A program made the translations under genes and the position numbers. From Porphyridium purpureum (lineage: Eukaryota): a stretch of DNA of 64,000 nt. Below, one piece after another: positions 18,829 to 30,300 of the stretch (its first letter is position 1; each line of letters opens with the position of its first letter). The notes under the pieces are model-generated. The model saw only the letters and a program-made list of their open reading frames with translations, was not told where the DNA came from and made no database searches. The stretch covers positions 1,674,001 through 1,738,000 of the forward strand of contig VRMN01000002.1 in NCBI GenBank assembly GCA_008690995.1, read 5' to 3'.

Positions 18829-20778
18829 ATGGGCGGGTTCGAGACGGATCTGGTGCGCTGCAGAACGAGAAAAAGGGACACGGGAAGTGGGGTTTCGAGT
18901 ACGTGCTTTGTCGTAGGCGTATTGGTGCTTGCTCTTTGTGTGGGTCTGAACTCGGGGCGTGCTGGTGTCGAGGCCAAAGCCGATTCATCGCCCTGGGATT
19001 TAAGACCAAGCGAGGCTGTCTTAGATGCGTACTCTTCGCAGATTCTTTCGGTTTACAGGAGCATGCAGGAGGAGCAAAGGCAAAAACAGCAGCCGGAACA
19101 GCAGAGTGCGTCACGACAAGCGCGCCGAAGGAGCCCGACGCCGTCGCAAAAAGATGTGCTTTCATCTGCTGTGCTGCGTGACCTTGACTTTGTGTCGCGT
19201 CGGGTCAAACGTGAAGACGCGAGCCGAGCCGCATTAACCGAAAACCAAAACCGGTCCGCGATCATGACCGGAATGCGCAGGTCTCATTTCGGTCAGGCAG
19301 TCTGCGCCTCGGCGGATGGCTCCACCGTTGTAGTCGGTGCGAACGCTTTCCTGAAGACTCAGGGCTCTGTGTTTGTGTTCGAATTTGACGAGAGCGACAG
19401 GAATTCCCAGAACCGCCGATCCGTGTTCCGTTCGGCTATGCAAGATCAGCCTGTCGCGTGGACGGAAACGCTGCTCACATTCGACGAGACTGGCATGGGC
19501 ACACAATATTTGGCCAGCCTCGAGCACGCCACGCAAGGCCGCGGGCCACCGCCTGCAACCTCTGCCGGCCGCGCCGGGCTCGGATTTGCATGTGCAATGA
19601 GCGCGGATGGCACGGCTCTTGCCGTGTCCAGTCCATCAGGCGGCACGACCTCTTCGTCTGGAGCTGCTATTCCGCCTCCGTCTTCCACGTCGGCCGCATC
19701 AAACTTTAACGACGGATATGTGGTTTTCTTCCACAAAGAAGCCAGTCCACAGCCAGGACAACGAGCGCGATGGGTACAAGCACCGGAGCGCTTGCATTCG
19801 ACCATGCCTCTGTCCGAGAGTGACCGCCGAAGTAATGCCTTTGGATGGGCCCTCTCCGGGTCGGCGGATGGAACCCTGCTTGCGGTCTCTGCGCGTGGCA
19901 CACGGGCACATAATGGAGCGGTCGAGGTCTTCAAATGCGAGCGCGGCTTTAGATCGTGCGTGTTTGTGCAGGGTCTTGAGCCACCAGAGGAAGTGACTTT
20001 TGTTGGTCCACGAGGAATTCGTATTCGGAATAATTTTGGCATGAGCCTGGCGCTGAGCGGTGACGGAAGCACGCTTGTTGTGGGCAATACAGGGTATGAC
20101 TATGAGCAAGGCTGTGTATATGTTTACGAAATTGCCAAGGGGCACGAAAATCGAGACGTTGTGTTTGAGTTGGCCGCACAGCTCGTGTCCGCTGGCCCTC
20201 AAAAGTATGGCTACTTTGGGTACAAGGTCGCCGTTGACGATGTCGGATTGACGGTTGCCGCTGGGGCGGACGGTGAGGATGAATACCGAGGCGCAGCGTA
20301 TACGTTTCGCCGCAGCCGAGCGCGAGCGCCGTGGTCGAAGCCGAGCGTGTTGCTGATTCCTGAGCCCGAGCGCCTGGAAGAAGATAATTTTGGTGGCAGC
20401 GTAGCGCTTTCTGGCGACGGCACCGTGCTGGCGGTGGGTGCACCAGGTGCAAAGAAGAACAGAGAGAGTGACCATGGTGCGCTTTACGTTTATGAGCTGC
20501 TGGAGAGCACGTGGGAACTGAGCATGACTGTGCGGCGGCCCGAGGCCCAGGGCATGAGCGGAGACTTGTTTGCATGGGCACTGTGCTTGGATCGGCGCGG
20601 GCGACGCGTCTTCATTGGTTCTCCCGAAGTGGAAGCGTCGCGCGGGTTGTTGACGATCACGTCTTTTATCAAGTCTGGGCGCAAGAATCCGACCACAGAC
20701 AGCCTTTTAAACGACGACATTATTAACTATTACGCGACGAAGAGGGACCCTGAGCTCGATGCAAAAAGCGAACTCTAA
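18829..20778 (+). CDS. FG-GAP repeat (integrin-alpha-like beta-propeller) secretory protein
   Basis: About 7 repeats of the form FG.S.ALSGDG..L.VGA...G.VYV(F/Y); hydrophobic signal/anchor CFVVGVLVLALCVGL; ends KSEL; start codon uncertain. Confidence 0.85.
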   Translation: MGGFETDLVRCRTRKRDTGSGVSSTCFVVGVLVLALCVGLNSGRAGVEAKADSSPWDLRPSEAVLDAYSSQILSVYRSMQEEQRQKQQPEQQSASRQARRRSPTPSQKDVLSSAVLRDLDFVSRRVKREDASRAALTENQNRSAIMTGMRRSHFGQAVCASADGSTVVVGANAFLKTQGSVFVFEFDESDRNSQNRRSVFRSAMQDQPVAWTETLLTFDETGMGTQYLASLEHATQGRGPPPATSAGRAGLGFACAMSADGTALAVSSPSGGTTSSSGAAIPPPSSTSAASNFNDGYVVFFHKEASPQPGQRARWVQAPERLHSTMPLSESDRRSNAFGWALSGSADGTLLAVSARGTRAHNGAVEVFKCERGFRSCVFVQGLEPPEEVTFVGPRGIRIRNNFGMSLALSGDGSTLVVGNTGYDYEQGCVYVYEIAKGHENRDVVFELAAQLVSAGPQKYGYFGYKVAVDDVGLTVAAGADGEDEYRGAAYTFRRSRARAPWSKPSVLLIPEPERLEEDNFGGSVALSGDGTVLAVGAPGAKKNRESDHGALYVYELLESTWELSMTVRRPEAQGMSGDLFAWALCLDRRGRRVFIGSPEVEASRGLLTITSFIKSGRKNPTTDSLLNDDIINYYATKRDPELDAKSEL

Positions 20779-20869
20779 TCGCTTTTCTTCATGTGGCGAA
20801 AGAGGGTGTACTCGCGTGCGTATATTGAGAGCCAAGGGGACGGGAGAAAGCAACTAACGCATGATATGT

Positions 20870-21976
20870 TTAATAAATTCCTAAAATTGTAAGAACGGCA
20901 AACACTAAGAAGAGCACACCACCAATAAGGCGAGCGTTGCGCTCCGTCAGGTACTCACTGAGGAAGGACCCGCCCACAACAGCGATGATGGACGCGATGG
21001 CGTGTCCAGAGATACCGCCGAGTACGACGCCAAGCGGACTCTTTGCAGCCGCCAGCGCAATGGTCGTGAGCATGGATTTGTCGCCCCACTCGGCCAGAAA
21101 GATTAGCGTGAATGTTTCCACGATGATCTTGATGTCCTCGGATCGTGACAGCGCCTGGATCCATCCCGGTCGCGAGCCCTTGGACTTTTCTGACTCGGCT
21201 TCTGCAATCGCCTCCTCGGCGTCACGCTTTTCCCCATCGGCATCGTCTTTGCCCATTGCCAGTCCGCTTCGGATATTGTCAATGCCGAACCACACGAGCA
21301 GCGCCACAGCGGCGTAATCGTCCAGAGGGATAGACGTATTCAGTGACGATGGAAGTGCGTGAAACACCTGCCCGATCCCTACAGAAATCAATGTCATCAG
21401 CGAAAGTGCGCCCAAGGTTCCCACAAGCACCAATCGTTTTGCGTACTTGAGCGACAAGAGAGCCGAAATGAAGAACGTCTTGTCACCTATCTCAGACGAC
21501 AACACAAGCAGGAAGCTCGACGTGAAACCGGCGGAAAAGCTGTCAAGCTCTGCGTTCAGCGGCAGCCCGGTCACGCCGGCCGCCATCGCAAGCGCAGGCA
21601 TCACAAACGCCTTGCTGAGAAGCGCACCGCCCGCCGTACACACCAGCATCCGCACTACCGCTCGAGACATGGCCTTCCACGTCCATCCCAGACTCGAATG
21701 TGGCTGCGGCTTTTCCACCGTTTGCGTTTTCCGCGCCACCGCCAAGTTTGCGCTCTGCTCAGAAACTTCCGCGTTGGCACCACAACTTACATCCACCTCA
21801 ACATCAGGATCGTTGAGTGGTTGCTGCATGCCCATCTGCCACATCAACCGCCGCGTCGGCCTCGCTCGAAACCCTTTCGCGTCCACACTCACAACCCGCT
21901 TGGATCCTGATTCAAAAACGGGATGACGCCCGTGTCGGCGTCCTGCGAGCGCAGGCACGCCCACAACAAATGCCAT
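20870..21976 (-). CDS. GDT1/UPF0016 Mn2+/Ca2+ transporter, plastid (CMT1/PAM71-HL-like)
   Basis: Two signature motifs EIGDKT and EWGDKS; MAFV transit peptide. Confidence 0.93.
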   Translation of the reverse strand: MAFVVGVPALAGRRHGRHPVFESGSKRVVSVDAKGFRARPTRRLMWQMGMQQPLNDPDVEVDVSCGANAEVSEQSANLAVARKTQTVEKPQPHSSLGWTWKAMSRAVVRMLVCTAGGALLSKAFVMPALAMAAGVTGLPLNAELDSFSAGFTSSFLLVLSSEIGDKTFFISALLSLKYAKRLVLVGTLGALSLMTLISVGIGQVFHALPSSLNTSIPLDDYAAVALLVWFGIDNIRSGLAMGKDDADGEKRDAEEAIAEAESEKSKGSRPGWIQALSRSEDIKIIVETFTLIFLAEWGDKSMLTTIALAAAKSPLGVVLGGISGHAIASIIAVVGGSFLSEYLTERNARLIGGVLFLVFAVLTILGIY

Positions 21977-22398
21977 CGCGTACGGCTACCTCCGTCCCTT
22001 GTGTCGACAAGCTCACAACAACCTCGCTCCCATGCCGCCGAGATTGCGTCCCACCCTGGCCTCCACCAACCTTGTCGTCCTAACCAAACCGCGAAAGAGA
22101 GAAAATGAGAAGAATGGCATCGTTTCAGTATGTAGCATTCAGCTGGAAGGCTTAGGTGAGGAGGTCTGCGTGAGATGCGCAGAGGACAGCAGCGGTGCGA
22201 AACTCGCTGCCAACATATGGAGTAGAGTATCTTGAGGAAGCGGACACGACAGCACACGCAGTGCCTTCAAGCGGCACTTCCAAGCTGGCGTTTGTAGCGG
22301 GCAGCAGAATTGGGTTTGGCGAGCGGCGGCGTTGTGGAGCCGCGGCTGCTGCGCGAGCAGAGAAGAGAGCTGTGCGAGAGTCGACGCGCGCATGCGTG

Positions 22399-23976
22399 AT
22401 GACGCAGCCGGTGCTGTTCTGGTTCCGCAAGTCTCTGCGAGTCCATGATAATCTCGCGCTGAAACGTGCTGTGGAGTATGCGGCTCAGCACAGCGCCACG
22501 CTGGTACCGGTGTTTGTGATTGATCCGCATTTTGTGAATCCGGACAAGGTGGGCGTTGTGCGCATGAACTTTCTTCTTGAGAGCCTGCAGGATCTAAGCT
22601 CAACACTGCAACAGCACCGTGCGCAACAGCTGCTGGTGCTTCGCGGAAATCCAGAGCAGGTATTTCCGGATCTGCTCTTTGCACGAAAGGGAAGCGAGTC
22701 TGGCATTTCGGCGCTTTTCTTTGAGAATGACACCGAGCCCTATGCCAAGCAGCGCGACACACGCGTCGGTGAGCTCGCACGAAAGGCCGATGTGCATGTA
22801 GAGTCGTGCTACGGTCACACGCTTTATGATCCGGACTGGCTGCTAAAAAGGGCGCGTGGTGGGCGTCCACCGGAAACCATGTCCGCGTTCACGGCGTTAA
22901 TGGAAAGCGTTGGCCCGCCATCAAAGCCTGTGTCTGCGGAAGATGTCATGAAAAGTCTCGCAAATACGCCGCAGGACGATGAATTATTACGAAAGCAATT
23001 GATGAGCGAGGCGCAACCACTGAGCATTCCGAACCTAGCTGAGCTGGGCTACCCCGATGCGTCGCCTTCACGTCTATTCAAAGGTGGGGAGAGCGCCGCA
23101 CTAGAGAAACTCCGCGAGTTCTGTGCTCGCAAGAAAGGCGAATGTGTTCGCAAGTTCGCCAAGCCAGAGACAAACCCGGCCGCATTCGAACCGCCAGAGA
23201 CGACAACGCTCAGTCCGTATATGAAATTCGGGTGTCTGTCACCGCGAGAGTTTTACCACCGGGTCGAGAGCATACGCAACAGCAAGTCAACGCAGCCTCC
23301 AGTTAGTCTAATTGGACAGCTTTATTGGCGAGAACATTTCACTCTGCTTGGTTATGTGACGCCCAACTTTGACCGAATGGAAGGCAACCCGTTGTGTCGG
23401 CGGATCGACTGGGACACAACTCCCGAGTACGTATCTGCATGGGAGTCCGGAAAGACCGGGTACCCGTGGATCGATGCATGCATGCGGCAGCTCGTCAGTG
23501 AAGGCTGGCTGCACCATCTTGCTCGTCATAGCGTTGCTTGCTTTCTGACGCGTGGTGATTTGTGGCAGAGCTGGGAAGTGGGAAAGGCAGTGTTTGAGAA
23601 GCATTTGATCGACGCCGACTGGAGCCTCAATGCCGCAAACTGGATGTGGTTGTCGTGTTCGGCGTTCTTTCATCAATATTTTCGCGTCTACTCGCCATCC
23701 GCCTTTCCGAAAAAGTACTCTCACGTCGCTGCTTTCATTCGCAAGTATGTGCCGGAGCTTCGAGCCATGCCCGACGCATACTTGTTGGAGCCTTGGAAAG
23801 CTCCCGAAAAAGTGCAGCGCGAAGCCGGCTGTTTGATTGGTAAGCATTATCCATCTCGAGTTGTGATACACGAGGACATATCCAAGGAGAACATTCAGCG
23901 AATGAAGCGCGCTTTTGAACTCAACAAAACCGAGCGCCCATCGAGCACTGGCACGAAACGATCCCGCGAAGAGTGA
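22399..23976 (+). CDS. UVR3: (6-4) photolyase / animal-type cryptochrome
   Basis: WFRKSLRVHDN, LSPYMKFGCLS, GKTGYPWIDACMRQL, WLHHLARH, DADWSLNAANWMWLSCS. Confidence 0.92.
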   Translation: MTQPVLFWFRKSLRVHDNLALKRAVEYAAQHSATLVPVFVIDPHFVNPDKVGVVRMNFLLESLQDLSSTLQQHRAQQLLVLRGNPEQVFPDLLFARKGSESGISALFFENDTEPYAKQRDTRVGELARKADVHVESCYGHTLYDPDWLLKRARGGRPPETMSAFTALMESVGPPSKPVSAEDVMKSLANTPQDDELLRKQLMSEAQPLSIPNLAELGYPDASPSRLFKGGESAALEKLREFCARKKGECVRKFAKPETNPAAFEPPETTTLSPYMKFGCLSPREFYHRVESIRNSKSTQPPVSLIGQLYWREHFTLLGYVTPNFDRMEGNPLCRRIDWDTTPEYVSAWESGKTGYPWIDACMRQLVSEGWLHHLARHSVACFLTRGDLWQSWEVGKAVFEKHLIDADWSLNAANWMWLSCSAFFHQYFRVYSPSAFPKKYSHVAAFIRKYVPELRAMPDAYLLEPWKAPEKVQREAGCLIGKHYPSRVVIHEDISKENIQRMKRAFELNKTERPSSTGTKRSREE

Positions 23977-24088
23977 TGCTCCATGCGAGGCTAGTAGATG
24001 CAGCGGAAACCATTTTCCGCCTCCTTGAACAACGTCTCGACACCCGAATGTGACCAGGTTTTGACCCTTTCAGAGCACTCTACTCAAA

Positions 24089-25750
24089 TTAGGGAACGGT
24101 ATCCGCACCTGCGGTTGCGGCAGGTGCGCTCGCGTTTGGACCAGGTTCAGGGGCGCCAGGAGTTGGTTTCGGTTTCATCTCTTTCTTGGCCAGAATTTGC
24201 CATATATAAGCGGGTGCCTGCTCCTTCCCGACCGCTTTGAAAATAAGCTCAAGACGTTGTGAAGCAACCGCAATGCCGCATGTTTCGCCACAATATTTGC
24301 TGGGGTCGTTCGCGAAGTTCGGGCACGTCCTTCGAGCGCAAGGCTCAGCAGCGAGCGGTTCAGAAGCGCGATCCTCACGCTTGGCGCGCTTTGCCGCGGG
24401 TGCACTGCTGTCATGCACCTTGATTGTTATGCCGGTGGTTTGCTGTGACTTTTGCGGCTCCTTGTCATCGTCAACTTTCGGATGCCCGGTGTGCACTCCC
24501 GGCGAGCCACCAGAAGAGGTGCGCCGTGCTAGTTTGCCAGTCGGCGGCTTTCCTCCGGAATCCACCATCGGTGGAGCGAGCTCATACACTGATTCGTCGC
24601 CTGTCTTTGAGTGCACACGGGCCAAATCTGACTTGGAAGGCGCATGTCCCGCGCTACGCAATAATCCCGCAAATTTTTTCTCCATAGCCACGGCCATTTT
24701 GAAGAGCTCAGAGCCATCTGCATTGTACAGCTTGCAGTTACTCCAGATTAATTGCACGTCTGCAGCGAAAGCCGCGACGTCGGCGTATTGGCCAGTATCG
24801 AGCTTGGATCTCACCGTCGCAAGATCCATGGGATGCTGCACGACTAGAAAATAGTCGCGCAAACTCGGGTCCACCGGCTGCAAAAATGGCCACGCATTCT
24901 TACTGTGCTCCAGAGACGCGAGCAGTTTCGCGCATGCTTTTGTATCCTGTTCGTCTATGACGCCGGCATTCCGAGTCCCTGACACCTGCGACGAGACATT
25001 GTGAGAAACCGCATTCGCGGGGACAAACGACCCTTTTGCGGACAAATCCGCACCCGGTAAAGCAACTGCATCGCCACCTCTTTGCGTGATCGCTGCGAGC
25101 TCGGTACAGAACCCAGAAGTCAGCAAGCTGGGATCATCCAGGGATCCAGCTTGGTCCAAAATAAACGACGCTTCCTTCAAGATGTCCCGCTCCGTGTAGC
25201 CCTTCATGTCCATGTAGGGATGCGAGAGCAAAGACAAAAAATTCGCGTACGACGCTTCTCTCGGGTCCATCGAGGTGGCGAGGATAAATGCGCGCGCACA
25301 AATCTCGAATCGGCGCCGTGTGAGTGTATACGTCTTGGTATAATCCTTGGCTGCGGCTCCAAGCTTGTACCATGCTAGCTCGGTACGCACGTATAGTGCT
25401 GGGTTCAGTCCGTACTCGATACACCATTCAAGCAACGGCCCGACAAGCGCATGGCAATACCTGGTACCGTTCACGGCAGTGCCGACGGCCATGATCCGCA
25501 GCTGCGCCTTGTCCTCCACGGAAGCGTCATCCAGCGCATCAATCGGCACTTGGTGGCCGTCTTTCAAGACTCGGAACTCCACGAGTTCCCGCGTGGGAAC
25601 GCCTGACTCGTCTGTCGACACGCTAAGCTCATCGCGGATGTCCTTTTCCTCCACCAGCGTCCCATTCACATACGCCTCGCTCGACTGCGCGCCGTAGCTC
25701 CCGGGTCCGGTCGATGCCCGTCGACTCAGCGACTTGGATGCCGAAGCCAT
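24089..25750 (-). CDS. Bromodomain chromatin protein with N-terminal RFTS (DNMT1-RFD)-like domain and C-terminal CFP1/DIDO-like Cys4 motif
   Basis: Bromodomain AWPFLQPVD..DYFLVVQHPMDL..WSNCKLYN; GPLLEWCIEYG..LYVRTELAWYKLGAAAKDY (RFTS-like); CARRTC..SKYCGETCG. Confidence 0.85.
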   Translation of the reverse strand: MASASKSLSRRASTGPGSYGAQSSEAYVNGTLVEEKDIRDELSVSTDESGVPTRELVEFRVLKDGHQVPIDALDDASVEDKAQLRIMAVGTAVNGTRYCHALVGPLLEWCIEYGLNPALYVRTELAWYKLGAAAKDYTKTYTLTRRRFEICARAFILATSMDPREASYANFLSLLSHPYMDMKGYTERDILKEASFILDQAGSLDDPSLLTSGFCTELAAITQRGGDAVALPGADLSAKGSFVPANAVSHNVSSQVSGTRNAGVIDEQDTKACAKLLASLEHSKNAWPFLQPVDPSLRDYFLVVQHPMDLATVRSKLDTGQYADVAAFAADVQLIWSNCKLYNADGSELFKMAVAMEKKFAGLLRSAGHAPSKSDLARVHSKTGDESVYELAPPMVDSGGKPPTGKLARRTSSGGSPGVHTGHPKVDDDKEPQKSQQTTGITIKVHDSSAPAAKRAKREDRASEPLAAEPCARRTCPNFANDPSKYCGETCGIAVASQRLELIFKAVGKEQAPAYIWQILAKKEMKPKPTPGAPEPGPNASAPAATAGADTVP

Positions 25751-26150
25751 GTTTCTCCAATCGCGCCGTTCATGAGGCCAGCACTCGCTCTCATTTGGGA
25801 GATGCGTGATGTTCTTTGGCTTCACCCGCAAACAAAAGTGATGATGGCGCCGGAGCGGGATACGTGTTTGAGAATAATAGCAGGCTGAGGGCAGCAACCG
25901 TTGAGCGGGTAGAGAACGTGCAGAGTTTAAATTCGCATTCATACCGACGTTTCTATTTCCAAAGCGAATGTCCGGAGTATTGGCGCAGAGGCGTTGCGCT
26001 TGCTCGGGTGGTTTCTAGTCTCCGAGGAGAACATCACGTGTGCGAAAAGCACAAGCTGAGACGCAGCGACAAAGTCTGTTCGCGCCGGGACATGCCTCGG
26101 AACTTGAAGTAACGCGTCCCGTCAGAAGACCAGGAACGGAATCTCACGCT

Positions 26151-26725
26151 TCATCGGAACACGGCCGAACAGTCTGCTGTGTAGCCACTGCAGCAAAATC
26201 GCTGCACGAGCCGGCTGGCCGCGGCAACGGTCGAGGGTGCGGGAGTCGGCGAACTTGGGTTGGGATAGGTGCATACCGCAACCTGCTTGCTCGGGGGGAT
26301 GGCACTGTCCTTCGGGAACGGGCCAATAGGCACGTGACACCCAGACGAGAGGCGACTACGTTGGTTCGGTCAATGGTGTTAACCAAAATCTGCGCATCTG
26401 CATTACATAAACCCGTGCCCATGCAAGCGACGTCGCACGAGGCACCCACAACGCCATGTACCCAGACATTCTGCGCTGGCGTTGGCGACGATGATGGGGA
26501 CTGGGTTACCAGCTCGCCCGTAGCGAAGAATCCTACAAAGTTATCCGCGACACAAGCTCCCACATCATCCGGCAGGGTGCAGAAAGTTGGCACCGTCTCC
26601 CACGGCACGGGTCCGCCATTTTAGAGCACATCTGCTGCCCCACTGCCACTTTCAGCCATGCAAGACAAACCAAAAGCGCTGAGCCAACAATTCTTCCGAG
26701 CCCGTGTACTCGTGAAGCACGTCAT
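26151..26725 (-). pseudogene. Frameshifted gene for a secreted Cys-rich protein (pseudogene or assembly indels)
   Basis: Signal-peptide-like RIVGSALLVCLAWLKVAVG, then GASCDVAC..GLC, then CTYP..RFCCSG lie in successive frames joined by 1-nt shifts. Confidence 0.45.
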
Positions 26726-27331
26726 ATCTCTACCCAAGCCCGAGATCCACCACACAAGTCTCGCTGACGACGAGTGCTCCATTCGTTCTCCCCGATGTTT
26801 TCTCCATCACCTTGTTTTGTCTAAAGGATGAGCTGTTCGACGACTTCCGGGCTGAACAAGTAACATGTACCCGCTGAGATTCAGAAAGATAAGCTTCACC
26901 ACCGACACCGAGCTACGAATATGGCTGGCGAGTGGCATGAGCCTGGAGACCGTGTGCGCTGGTATCGACATCACCGCGCGCACTGAAGCTCGCCGCAGAG
27001 CCCGCCGAGTGTGGCCACAGTGGCTGATTGCGCCAGTTTGGAAACGGCGATGCGTGTCTCTCGGATGCGCTTGACATGCTTGTCTGGTGTGCTTTGGCGG
27101 CAGCCACGGAGCTGGCGGAGCGACTGTCCTGAGCAAGCATAATTCCAGGGTTACTCGAGTTCAGTTGAAGTACAGCGTTTGGGGATAAAGTACAGTGATT
27201 CACTGTACGAAACGCGAAACCATTTCGAACGTGCCGCGTGCGGTGAGTGGGAAGAAGGGGACGGTAAGAGAGGCTTAGAGTGAGGGAGGGGAGCGAAGGA
27301 AGCGTCAGAAGGGAGGGGAGAAGAAATCAGG

Positions 27332-30300
27332 ATGGGTTCGCAAGAGATGGTCGTGCAGGTTGGGTCATGGATCGAGGCGTCCTTGTCGCCGGACGCGACG
27401 ACGCGACGACAGGCAGAGCACATGCTGCAGGCGTCCGAAGGCGCCGCCGGATTTGCCGTCGTGCTGCTGCAGCTCATGGCGAACGAGAGCGCCGCGCTGC
27501 ACGTCCGGCAGGCGGCCGCCGTCTACTTTAAGAACCTCGCAAAGCGCAAGTGGGAGGATCTTCCTGAACAGGACCGCACCGGCGTCAAGGAGGTGCTCAT
27601 CCGCGTCATGCTGAGCAGCCCGCTGGCCGTGCGCAGGCAGCTGAGTGAGGTTATGGCCATTATTGCCGAGTTCGAGTACCCGGAGAAGTGGCCACAGCTC
27701 ATGCCGGAGCTTTCGGCAAAACTCAAGGACGCGTGCGAAAAGGGCGACTGGCAGACACTCCAGGGCGTCGCAGAAACGCTGGACGCCGTGTTTGAAAGAT
27801 ACAGATTTCGATTTCGGAGCGACGATCTGTTTCGCGAAATTCTCTACTCGCTTGAACATATCGCGATCCCACTAACTGCGGCGTTTGGACTCACTAGTGC
27901 TGCGCTCTTCGCGGGCAAGTTTGCAGATTTGAAGCAGGGCGAACTGATGATGGACACGGCGCAGTCGCTCGTCTCGACCTATCACTCGCTTCTGTGGCAA
28001 GACATTCCGGCAGTTCTGGAAGACCACCTCAAAGAGTGGATGGAGCCCTTTCTCCGCTTCATGAGTTTGGAGGTGCCGAACCTTGAGGGAAGTCCCGACG
28101 AACTCGAACCCAGTTGCCTTGACAAGGTGCACGCCGCCATTCTGGACGTGTGCAGTCTTTTCCAGACAAAATACGAGGAAGAATTTCGTCCGTACCTCTC
28201 TGGACTGATCGCTGCGGCATGGACACTTCTCGTGAAACGCGGGAATGCGCCCAAGTTTGATTCGGTCGCTACGCGCGGTATCCTTTTCCTAACGATTGTG
28301 AGCAAAAGTGCTGACTATGCCATGTTCAAGGATCCGGGCACGCTACAGCAAATATGCGAAAAGATCGTTATTCCAAACATCGAGCTGCGCGCGGAGGACG
28401 AGGAACAGTTTGAGGACAACCCGATGGAGTACATTCGGAGGGATATGGAGGGTGCTGACGCCGAGAGTCGGCGTTCCTCCGCGGTGGAACTGGTCAAGGG
28501 TCTCACTGTCCATTTTGAAAGCCAAGTTACGGAGACGTTCTCGGCGTACGTGACCGCCATGCTAGCGAGCTATCAGCAGGATCCAGCGGGCAATTGGAAG
28601 TCCAAGGACGCAGCAATTTACATTGTGACGGCGCTGGGGTGGAAATCTGGAACTAAGAGTGGAGGCGCCACGCAGACCAGCCAGCTGGTAAATGTTCTGG
28701 ACTTTTTTAAGACGCACGTTGCGTCAGAATTGTCTCGTGCCGCCGCGAACCCGCCAAACATCCAGACACCGATTCTGGTCGCGGACGCCATAAAGTTTGC
28801 GACCTTGTTTCGCAACCAGATCAATAAGGAGCTGTACGGTGAGCTCATAGGTCTGTGCATCAGCCTGGCTTCTTCAAGCTTGGTCGTAATTCATACGTAC
28901 GCAGCGATCTGCATTGAACGCCTGCTCAGTGTCAAGGACACGGTTCAAGTCGGGGTCGGCAGCGGAGCCCCGATTGGTGCTCCGTCTGCCACCACCGCAT
29001 CTTTGCAACAAGCGCCATACTCGGTCGTCAAAGCGCAACGTTTCGGCAAGACCGATTTGGAGCGCCAATTGCCGACACTACTGGCAACCCTTTTTGCGCT
29101 CCTTGGGCCGGGCAGACCAGAAAATGAGTACATTATGCGATGCGTGCTGCGAATTATTGTCGTGAGCCAGGATCTGCTGGGTGCGCATGTGGGTCTCTTG
29201 ATCCAGGTGCTTCGCACGTCGCTCGAGCAAGCGTGCACGAACCCTGCCAACCCGAGGTTCAACCACTACCTCTTCGACGCGATCGCCTCGCTTATTCGAC
29301 AGCTTGCGTCACGGCGTGCCGAGTATTTGCAAGCGTTTGAGGCCGGGTTCTTCGGAATCTTCCAGAACATTCTGGCGAACGACGTGGTTGAGTTTATTCC
29401 GTACGTTCTTCAAATCCTGGCGCAATTGCTTGATGTACGCAGCTCATCAGCAAATGCAGTCGACACTCTCCCAGCGGCTTACGGTGCCCTGCTACCACCG
29501 CTGCTGTCCCCAGCGCTTTGGGACCGCTCCAGTTTTATCCCGGGCATGGTGCAATTTATTCAGGCGTTTGTTCGCAAGGCGCCCGATACAGTGATGGCGA
29601 ACAATCAATTGCCAGCCGTTCTTGGCATTTTCCAGAAGCTTGTGGCAAGCAAGACAAACGATCAACACGGTATCGGCTTGCTTTCAACCTGCGTCGAAGT
29701 CTACCCGCTGGACACGTTTAAAGTGTACCTGCCCGATGTAATCAAGATTCTGGTTATCCGGCTTCAAACGGCAAAGACTTCACGCTTTGTGCTCAAATTT
29801 CTGGCGCTGTTGGGCCTCATCTTGATGCGGTACGGCGTAGCGGCATTGGTTGCGTGCTTCGACGCGCTTCAGCAGCATCTTTTTGCAACGCTGCTGCAAC
29901 AAGTGTGGCTGAAAGACGTACCGACTGTGGCATTCCCGATCGACCGCAAGTTGTGCTCGCTCGGAGGTGCGGTTCTCATTTCGTCCGATGTTTTCACCGC
30001 TCCCCCGTATAACGCACTGGTAGGACCGCTGCTGAACACCACTATTGCCCTTTTGGAAGGCATTCAGATGGACGCCTTGGATCAAGGCAGCGACGATGAG
30101 ACGGATATCATGGCCGCTGGCGCGCCTGGCGGCGGAGATCATGCGGATAACAACATCATGTTTGCTCAGCTCGCGCACGCGGCGAAGGCCAGGCACCACG
30201 ACCCGTTTCCGGACGTCTCTCCTCGCGCGGTTTTGGTCGAGCACGTGTCACTGCTGATGACGCGGGATCCGGATGTGCTCGGCAAGGTAGGCGTCGAACC

